Below, in pieces: positions 42,702 through 64,000 of a DNA stretch of 64,000 bases (position 1 is the first letter of the stretch; the number at the start of each line of letters is the position of its first letter). This DNA is from Macrostomum lignano. Taxonomy: Eukaryota. The notes beneath the pieces were generated by a model that saw only the letters and a list, made by a program, of their open reading frames with translations, had not been told where the DNA came from and searched no databases. The position numbers and the translations under genes were made by a program. The stretch is taken from NCBI GenBank assembly GCA_002269645.1, contig NIVC01000570.1, positions 434,001 through 498,000 of the forward strand. Direction: 5' to 3'.

Positions 42702-43720
42702 TTAATATGAATATCAACCTTTCTACCTTTTTAATATAGGTATTACAAGTACATTTGAGTTTTGTATATTTTATTAATTCATGCTTGATCATGCACACCA
42801 TGCATCAGGGCTTGTGTGCGGTTATGTTTTTTAAGCATGGAGGCAAATTCAAACCAAGGACGACTGTATTTAATATAACTGTTATACAGTGGTCCTTGAT
42901 TCAAACTTCAGCAGATTGAGTAGTAATTCGATTTATGGAAACTGAACCATGATTTTACCTTTAAATTTTGTTAGCAGTACGGTCCACGTTTTATAGAAGA
43001 GTTCAGGAGCATGAGACTAGCACGCTGCGAGACAAGCATTTTGAAGCGAATAACAAATGAAAAGATCGAAGCGGACAGAATAACTGTCAATATTTTTAAA
43101 CTCGCGGGTCTTATAAAACACTTGCAGCTGCGCAATCAAAACTGATGCGCATGAATCGGTGAAAAAACTTTGTTAGGGACTAACCAACATCCAAAAAGTA
43201 CAGTATATTTTATAAAAAAGACAATTGCGCATTGAATTTTGCATTCGCATTTCGACAAAATCGGTTGAAACAAGACCAGAGCTTTATGCACAAAACTGTG
43301 AGAAGTACCACAGCCTGCTGTCTATTAGCACCATTAAAGCATGTGGTTACTGGTTAATATAATTAGCTCGTAACCTCAGGAAACAATGAAAGTCAGTGCA
43401 CTTATTTTAAAACATACGGGAAACAAGTTTCGAAATCATTTCGAAATTTTTTTACCTCAAAGGCCAAATTAAGAAAAGAAAGGCCACATGAGGGGGCGGA
43501 GGAGAGAGAATAAAGGAGAAGAGAAGAGAGACGAAATGTGAGAGGAGAGAAGAGAAGAGGTGAGAGAAGATATTAGAGAGGAGAGAGGAGGGAAGAGACA
43601 AACCTTTGAGTGGACTGGATTGCTATTCTGAAGATTCAAAAGGACCCAAGGGCCTTCGTCTCCCACTACACCTTTTCACGTTCAATTTTGATCAAAGTCC
43701 AGTTCTAAAAAAACTAGCGG

Positions 43721-43831
43721 AAATTCAATTCAGACTGAGGATAATTTGTCTATGGCTAAACCTTACTTCGGTTAGAATGTTTTGAACTGGGGTCAGACTG
43801 GGCCCCAGTCTAAATTGTCTGAATTGAATTT
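43721..43831. repeat. Short palindromic MITE-like element
   Basis: 15-bp terminal inverted repeat AAATTCAATTCAGAC...GTCTGAATTGAATTT, plus an internal ACTGGGG/CCCCAGT hairpin. No TSD was found. Confidence 0.45.
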
Positions 43832-44204
43832 GAAATTCCGAGCTTGTTAAAAGGCCCCGAACGGTAACCAAGGTAAGATGTAAAACCAAGCACAGTTCTG
43901 TACAGAATCATACAAAAGTACAGATTCGGTATTACAGATTACACCTTAGTAGCAAGTCCTGCATGAGTTACCACTCAGATACAAAATTAATGTTTTTTTA
44001 CTTCAGTATGTCACGCAAGCATATTTTGACACTGATTTGCAATCTAAACAGAATCGAACCTGGACTTTTTGAGTCCGATAAGAGAGACAATAATGGGAAA
44101 TAAATAGGGGATTAGCTTGTTGCCTCCCAGTGATCTGCCGCTACAAAATAATTCCGTGGCCGAGAGTGAGCCATGGCTGCAGATCGAGCTGCGTGCTCAG
44201 ACGA

Positions 44205-55968
<11,764 letters not shown>

Positions 55969-57284
55969 TTTATTTGGCGAATAAAAGCCTTTACTTTGGC
56001 TTAACACAAGCTGAGGTAGCTAAAATGGCAAGAGATCAATAAAGCTCTCAGTTAAGTCGAATTCAACTGACTGTTTAGGCCAATTTTCAATTTGAATTTC
56101 AGTCTTTTAGTACGAACTTGTCCGCCTCTACCTTCGCTGTAGCCCTCCCTCTGTCAGCTCTTATCAGCGCCAGGGCCAATCATGGCCAAAAGCAACTGCA
56201 TAATTACAGCCGAAAATTCGCTTCGCAACCTTTTGTCTTATCAACAAAATTATCGACTCAAGGTGTGGGGACAGCCGATAGGTATAAAGAGAGAGAGAGA
56301 GAGTGGAGGAGATTAGAATACCGAATCTCTCTCTGCCTGGACTTTGAGCGACATTGGACTGCATTGGCCGCGGTGGCCGCTCCAGTGTGACGTCTGCTGC
56401 AATGAGAAATTGCTCAATAGAATGAATCACCTTCGCTCTGTTTAGAGTTTTCATGCGCTGTTGGCTGCACTCGTCCTTTTTTGTTAAAAGTTTATTTAAA
56501 GGTGACAACAAGCACCTGCGGACACTTCGTGACAGCTGACAATGCTCTATGTCTATGAGTAACATCACCCGGGTCAATTGAAAAGTTAATCGACTAAAGA
56601 GATTATCCCTTTGAAATAATCTCATGCTAGAAAGAAGCCGTACGCGCCAGGGTGCGAGTATTTTTTATTGTCATCACTAATTGAGATGTCAAGATAAGAT
56701 AACCGCACCTATGCTTTGTGACATAATTAGGGCTGCTATAAACTGCCGCCCCAGCCAGCGATAAGAATCCAATGGCGCAACCTTGATTGCGAAAGCGAGC
56801 GAAATATTTTACAAGAATTTCTAAGTTTTCACAGTTAGCCTGAACTGCCCTCTGCTCGCGGCCCTTCAGTGAAAGCACTTTTATTAGTTCAATCAGTAGC
56901 AGTGGGACTGCCGGCAGAAGGCAAAGGCTATAAATATCTGCTCCGGTGATGGGGCTTCCGAGACGGCACAAGGAAGAGAGCAGCGGCCGAAGGTGCTGAA
57001 GGCCCATGTATTTTAAACTAAATAGAGCCCAGCCAGTCCTGTCCCCAAATCCCCAGCTGGCAATATCTTCCCCTTTTTGGATAGCTGGGGAGTTAAGGGA
57101 GCGTTTAGGGCAGCGGGATCAGTATAGGGGCACGCGCTAATTTGTGGGAAGAAAAGACAGACGCCAAGATTTAAGACAACCCGCTGTGGCTTTTTAAAAA
57201 CCACCGATGCGATAAGATAAGAAGTACTATTATTCTATTTAAGAATTATGGGCATCTATTTCACCACTTCATTGATGGGCTAGA

Positions 57285-57970
57285 TTAGCAATCCACTTTA
57301 GTCTCCCTCACTGGCTATATTAGCAATCCCTTTAGTAACACCTCACTGGCTAGATTAGCAATCCCTTTAGTAACAAACACCTCACTGGTTAGATTAGCAA
57401 TCCCCTTTAGTCCCCCCTCACTGGCTAGATTAGCAATCCCTTTAGTAACAAACACCTCACTGGTTAGATTAGCAATCCCCTTTAGTAACCCTCGCGGGCT
57501 AGATTAGCAATCCACTTTAGTAACCCTCGCGGGCTAGATTAGCAATCCACTTTAGTAACCCTCGCGGGCTAGATTAGCAATCCCTTTAGTAACAAACACC
57601 TCACTGGTTAGATTAGCAATCCCCTTTAGTAACCCCTCACTGGCTAGATTAGCAATCCCTTTAGTAACAAACACCTCACTGGTTAGATTAGCAATCCCCT
57701 TTAGTAACCCTCGCGGGCTAGATTAGCAATCCACTTTAGTAACCCTCGCGGGCTAGATTAGCAATCCCTTTAGTAACAAACACCTCACTGGTTAGATTAG
57801 CAATCCCCTTTAGTAACCCCTCACTGGCTAGATTAGCAATCCCTTTAGTAACAAACACCTCACTGGTTAGATTAGCAATCCCCTTTAGTAACCCTCACTG
57901 GCTAGATTAGCAATCCCTTTAGTAACAAACACCTCACTGGTTAGATTAGCAATCCCCTTTAGTAACCCCT
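57285..57970. repeat. About 34-39 bp minisatellite (GCTAGATTAGCAATCCCTTTAGTAAC...CCTCACTG) with alternating variants
   Basis: Direct. Confidence 0.94.
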
Positions 57971-58465
57971 TACGGGCCAGACCAGCTCCTCCCAACAGCA
58001 AAACTGGCAGCAACAACATCGATCAGCTAAAGTGCTATCAAACCAAATGACAGCCACAGTGGCAATGTATCAAAGCAGATCGTGAAGGAGACTTTGCTTG
58101 CCCACACGGGAAGGCAGAAGCAGATCTATATGCGCGCGAATTACCTTCAAGTCAAAACTCCTGGCTCTTTGGCCCCCAGGGGGACAATTCTTCAAATGGA
58201 GTTGCTGGGAACTCTGATTAGCAAAAGCTTCTATTTGTTTTGGCTCCGCCTGTGTCTGCACTTTCTTAACAAATCTTTGGGATCGAAGTTGTAGATCGTA
58301 AAGGAGAAAACTAGAAAGTTGCGGCACACAAGATGCAGGCCTGTCCTTGCTGGGGAAACTGGCAATAGCTTTTCGACAGTTTTTCCTTAAGTCTACTTTC
58401 TTTCTGACTTAAATTTTGTCTGTTTATGCTTTTAGGCTTGCTCATACTGCCACCAGCTTGAGCGC

Positions 58466-58682
<217 letters not shown>

Positions 58683-59684
58683 GTGGTACAGTAGCTGAGG
58701 TACAGAATCGGTTATTTCGGCTCCACAAGAGCTGAGTGAGGCAGTTTACTGGAAAAACCGGAGCGCCGACAGCTGAAATGTGAAACCCCGGCAAGCGGGA
58801 AATGTGCCAAGCAAGCGTTTCCTCCATCAAGAGTCCTTTCCTAGCATCCGAAATCTCCCAGTTCGGCCCAGGCCGTGAGGAATAAAAATCAGCAAATATC
58901 TCAAGCTTAAGCTGAGCAGATCAGCTGACAACAAAAAGCGCAGAATCCCCGGCCGAGTTCTCAGCTCCATAAGCGGAACAATCGTCCATTGAGCAATTGG
59001 CACTGAGCCGCCACACGAATCCTGTCCTGCCCGCCCCTGCCTACTGATGCGAACCTTCATCACTAAGAGTTCGTGCTAGCAACAATCGCGCGATGTGGGA
59101 TCTACGGGATCTCCTTCAAAATTGATTTATCCCAAGCTTTATAAACTAATCTCCCCATAACCACTAAAGACTAGATTTCCGCGAAATCAACTCGCAGATG
59201 ATTCGTTTCTCCCATTCGCGTGCCGCCCTGACAACCCAGTGGGGGGGGGGATCGTGTGGAAAATCTTCAGAGAGAATCGCTCTTTTCTGCTTCCTCACAA
59301 TCTCACTTTATTTATTCTTCCTCGTCAACAGTAGGAGCCGGGCAAACGGGTAATTCAATAAATTAGCAGGAATTTCTGCTGTTAGCAAGACTTGCCCGTC
59401 TGCACTGTACGTTTGGGACCGGGTGAGGCCTCCAATGTTTTGATGTCTGGCCCTACCGACCGTCTCTGGTTGTTTATCTGACTCATGGTTCTCATTTTCA
59501 ATCTCCTTTCCCTTCTATGCTCATCTACTAGACCACTGCTTAGTTGTGACATTAGTTCGAAGCTTACTCTCGACTGTTTCATTTTACTCGAAGGTCACTG
59601 CAGTGAATTCGAAGGTCACATTGTGAGGGCGCCATTGTGCAGCTGTTATCTCCCTTTTATTTCTTCTGTTCTCTTCTCTTCATC

Positions 59685-60122
59685 TGATCAGACAGAGGGG
59701 GTCAGGGGGGAGATCAGACAGAGGGGGGTCAGGGGGAGATCAGACAGAGGGGGGTCAGGGGGAGATCAGACAGAGGGGGTCAGGGGGAGATCAGACAGAG
59801 GGGGGTCAGGGGGAGATCAGACAGAGGGGGGTCAGGGGGGAGATCAGACAGAGGGGGGTCAGGGGGAGATCAGACAGAGGGGGGTCAGGGGGAGATCAGA
59901 CAGAGGGGGTCAGGGGGGAGATCAGGCAGAGGGGGTCAGGGGGAGATCAGACAGAGGGGGTCAGGGGGAGATCAGACAGAGGGGGGTCAGGGGGGAGATC
60001 AGACAGAGGGGGGTCAGGGGGGAGATCAGACAGAGGGGGTCAGGGGGGAGATCAGGCAGAGTGGGTCAGGGGGGAGATCAGGCAGAGGGGGTCAGGGGGG
60101 AGATCAGGCAGAGGGGGTCAGG
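59685..60122. repeat. About 25 bp G-run minisatellite (GATCAGACAGAGGGGGGTCAGGGGGA)
   Basis: Direct; two G5-G6 runs per unit. Confidence 0.95.
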
Positions 60123-60134
60123 CATTGTTCAGAG

Positions 60135-60475
60135 GCAAAGACTGCAGACTCAGACTGCAGACTCAGACTGCAATAGATTGTCAAATAGACTCAGACTGCA
60201 GACTCAGACTGCAATAGATTGTCAAATAGACTCAGACTGCAGACTCAGACTGCAATAGATTGTCAAATAGACTCAGACTGCAGACTCAGACTGCAATAGA
60301 TTGTCAAATAGACTCAGACTGCAGACTCAGACTGCAATAGATTGTCAAATAGACTCAGACTGCAGACTCAGACTGCAATAGATTGTCAAATAGACTCAGA
60401 CTGCAGACTCAGACTGCAATAGATTGTCAAATAGACTCAGACTGCAGACTCAGACTGCAATAGATTGTCAAATAC
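60135..60475. repeat. 41 bp minisatellite (AGACTCAGACTGCAGACTCAGACTGCAATAGATTGTCAAAT)
   Basis: Direct, about 8 copies. Confidence 0.95.
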
Positions 60476-61204
60476 TATCAAATGCGAGCGCTATTGAAGG
60501 AGCACCATGCAGAGGCCTCTGTCTCATGGCTCCTTTCCACAGCTCCCCCCTGCGCTGTCAGGAAGCCGAGAGAAGAAACAGGAAACGGCAAGCCTCAGCC
60601 CCTGCCTCTCCGCACTATCACTCTCTCAAACTCAAATAGCTGTCAGCCTGAGCTCAAAACCCCCGACTGGCTTTTCCTCTCAATAGCTCAGCATCCTGAC
60701 TGATGCGGCCAGAGTTCCCCACTCTATATTTTTAGTTGAGTTTTATAGTGGTAATAAAAGTGCGCCATAGTTGTTGACAAGTGATAATTTGGGCACAATA
60801 GTTACAGTGCCAGTGATAAACATTATTGCCAGGCTTTCATTAATATTACAGATTTAATTTGGTAGAATTTTACTTTACATATTACCTGGCCATAGTTTCA
60901 GCTTGAGTACATGGAGCTTTTACCATAGACAAAACTCCTTCGAGAAAAATGAAGCAAATTTCGCTTGAACTTCCACCTCACTTTTCCCAGTGCCCAGGCT
61001 TGGAAAAATGAAACAGTATCGCATCGGGTTGAAAAGCGCAAGTTTAAAAATTGTTCAAACAAAAAGCGAGACTTTGTGAGGGACTGGGAGGGTAAACAAG
61101 TCGAGGCTGGGTGGGAGAAAAGCGCACAACAATCTTGGGTTATTATTTTCAAGACAGGATTACTCCAGACTGGCTAATAAAGGCCAATACAGATGAGGAG
61201 CTGT

Positions 61205-62880
61205 CTGGTTGCTATGTGATGCTTGGTTGCCATGTGATGCTTGGTTGCCATGTGATGCTTGGTTGCTATGTGATGCTTGGTTGCCATGTGATGCTTGGTT
61301 GCTATGTGATGCTTGGTTGTTATGGGATGCTTGGTTGCTATGTGATGCTTGGTTGCTATGTGATGCTTGGTTGCTATGTGATGCTTGGTTGCTATGTGAT
61401 GCTTGGTTGTTATGGGATGCTTGGTTGCCATGTGATGCTTGGTTGCCATGGGATGCTTGGTTGCTATGTGATGCTTAGTTGCTATGTAATGCTTGGTTGG
61501 TTGTCATGTGATGCTTAGTTGCCATGTAATGCTTGGTTGCCATGTGATGCTTGTTTGTCATGTGATGCTTGGTTGCCATGTGATGCTTGGTTGCTATGTG
61601 ATGCTTGGTTGCCATGTGATGCTTGGTTGTTATGGGATGCTTGGTTGCCATGGGATGCTTGGTTGCCATGTGATGCTTGGTTGCTATGTGATGCTTGGTT
61701 GCTATGTGATGCTTGGTTGCTATGTGATGCTTGGTTGCTATGTGATGCTTGGTTGTTATGTGATGCTTGGTTGTTATGGGATGCTTGGTTGTTATGGGAT
61801 GCTTAGTTGCCATGTGATGCTTGGTTGCCATGTGATGCTTGGTTGCCATGTGATGCTTAGTTGCTATGTGATGCTTGGTTGGTTGTCATGTGATGCTTAG
61901 TTGCTATGTGATGCTTGGTTGGTTGTCATGTGATGCTTAGTTGCTATGTGATGCTTGGTTGGTTGTCATGTGATGCTTAGTTGCCATGTGATGCTTGGTT
62001 GTTATGGGATGCTTGGTTGCCATGTGATGCTTGGTTGCTATGTGATGCTTAGTTGCCATGTGATGCTTATTTGCTATGTGATGCTTAGTTGCCATGTAAT
62101 GCTTGGTTGCCATGTGATGCTTGTTTGCCATGTGATGCTTGGTTGCTATGTGATGCTTGGTTGCCATGTGATGCTTGGTTGCTATGGGATGCTGCTACGT
62201 TATGCTTGGTTGCTATGTGATGCTAAGTTGCAATGTGATGCTTGGTTGCTATGTGATGCTTAGTTGCCATGTGATGCTTGGTTGCCATGTGATGCTAAGT
62301 TGCTATGTGATGCTTGGTTGCAATGTGATGCTTGGTTGCTATGTGATGCTTGGTTGCAATGTGATGCTTGGTTGCAATGTGATGCTTGGTTGCCATGTGA
62401 TGCTTGGTTGCCATGTGATGCTTGGTTGCCATGTGATGCTTGGTTGCTATGGGATGCTTGGTTGCTATGGGATGCTGCTATGTGATGCTTGGTTGCTGTG
62501 TGATGCTTAGTTGCCATGTGATGCTTGTTTGCCATGTGATCCTTGGTTGCTATGTGATGCTAAGTTGCTATGTGATGCTTGGTTGCAATGTGATGCTTGG
62601 TTGCCATGTGATGCTTGGTTGCCATGTGATGCTTGGTTGCCATGTGATGCTTGGTTGCCATGTGATGCTTGGTTGCCATGTGATGCTAAGTTGCTATGTG
62701 ATGCTTGGTTGCAATGTGATGCTTGGTTGCCATGTGATGCTTGGTTGCCATGTGATGCTTGGTTGCTATGGGATGCTTGGTTGCTATGGGATGCTGCTAT
62801 GTGATGCTTGGTTGCTGTGTGATGCTTAGTTGCCATGTGATGCTTGTTTGCCATGTGATCCTTGGTTGCTATGTGATGCC
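61205..62880. repeat. 18 bp minisatellite (TGCTATGTGATGCTTGGT), about 1.7 kb
   Basis: Direct, about 90 copies. Confidence 0.98.
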
Positions 62881-63389
62881 TGGTCTCAAGGCCGGTTCAC
62901 GTTAAAGTAGTAGTCTGATCTCCGAAGATAGCTAAAATCAATTTTACAACATCCAAAATCAACGTTTACATTGATTTGAACAATCTTCAGCCCGCGGAGC
63001 TACGGTCAGAAATGCGAACCGGCTTTCAAAAGGGATAGGAATTCTTGAATTGACTTATTAGCAAAAAATGGTTATTTCTTTCTAGGGGTTTAAAATAACA
63101 GGTTTGTCAGTTTTGACGCTTGAAAGAAATGCTACTGTAGACAGGCAAAATCCAAGCAAAACTGCGGGATCTTCCCATCTCTCAACTGTTAACACACAGC
63201 ACTCTTGTTTTTCCCGTCTCCAATGGTATTTTTTCAAACAGTTATTCGGAACATTGGTGAGAGTGGAAAAATATCTCATGGAGTTGCAGTGTCACCGATT
63301 TACTACCAGCCGTTCTTGATGGGACACATGGTGAAGGGGGTCTGGGGAGGCGGGAAGAGGGGTCAGGGGTCAGAGGCCCAGCCGCGGCC

Positions 63390-63824
63390 TCAGTGCCGGC
63401 CGTGAGGCAGCTTCACGCACTGCTCCCCACTCGCCGCCACGGGCCTGTAGGCCACCTGCGGCGAGCCCACAACGCCGATGCCGCCGCCGCCGCCGCCGCC
63501 GACCCCGCCGATTCCAGCAGCGCCGGTTCCGTCCCCGCCGCGGAAGCACTGCACAATGCGCCGGCGCCGATGGAAACAGAACAGGAGCAGCAGGAGGGCC
63601 ACTGACAGCGGCACGATCACGAAGTAGTAGCTGTGAATCGGCTTTGGGTCCCTGCGATGCGCGTCTTCGTCCTTGTCGCCGAGCGGAGGCTGCGGCTGCA
63701 CCGGCTGCGGCCGATTTGTCATCGTCGAGTTGCCCGACGAAGCAGGCGCAGCAGCGACAGCCGCCAGTGAGGCAGCCAGCCCGACAGCAGTGGCTGTCAG
63801 GGCGGCGTGCAGGTGTTGCCGCAT
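63390..63824 (-). CDS. Small type I membrane protein (signal peptide, short ectodomain, one TM, Gly-rich tail); may splice onward
   Basis: ATG at 63824; MRQHLHAALTATAVGLAASLAAVAAAP; N-S-T sequon; TM YYFVIVPLSVALLLLLFCF followed by HRRRR. Confidence 0.6.
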   Translation of the reverse strand: MRQHLHAALTATAVGLAASLAAVAAAPASSGNSTMTNRPQPVQPQPPLGDKDEDAHRRDPKPIHSYYFVIVPLSVALLLLLFCFHRRRRIVQCFRGGDGTGAAGIGGVGGGGGGGIGVVGSPQVAYRPVAASGEQCVKLPHGRH

Positions 63825-64000
63825 TGCCCCTTTGCTGTGCTTATTGCTCAACTCGCTCAACCCGAGCCGGAACAGACTGAGCGGCAAACAGTAGTGAGAA
63901 GGCGGCAAAGAGCCGGGAGCCGAGCTTTGAAGGTTAGGGACAAAAAGAATTGCGGGATTGCTGCTTCTGCTAGAGTGCTGCCCTACTCTTCTCTCTCTGA

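Noticed and set aside
61111-62854. Many Cys/His-rich ORFs (CYVMLG, ATKHHI, CDAWLL repeats) resembling metal-binding proteins
   Set aside because: All are frames of one 18-bp minisatellite, interrupted by stops and indels.

Overview
This is eukaryotic DNA, with GT-AG spliceosomal introns and no operons, rRNA or CRISPR. Nearly every long intron is filled by its own mini- or microsatellite, a style that suggests a Macrostomum-like flatworm (inference only). Hand-spliced genes with phase-consistent exons are: two adjacent minus-strand genes of an unrecognised family that share a domain (about 0.7-2.8 kb, partial, and 5.3-9.3 kb), a 5-Kazal-domain secreted inhibitor (22.3-23.2 kb), a 5-exon RhoGAP (26.9-38.9 kb), a 21-exon MRP1/ABCC-type transporter with a single 1-nt frameshift (44.2-56.0 kb), and a small type I membrane protein ORF (63.4-63.8 kb). 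Mobile DNA comprises an intact, very young Ty3/Gypsy element (11962-16929), a 1.7-kb TTAA-flanked foldback element (40974-42701), two copies of a CORE-type tRNA SINE and one further tRNA-headed SINE. The best leads are the unknown paralog pair, a small PPP1R15/GADD34-like ORF, the foldback element, the Gypsy -1 frameshift signal and the ABCC frameshift. Most long ORFs in the supplied track are translated tandem repeats, not genes. All coordinates and alignments were derived by eye.
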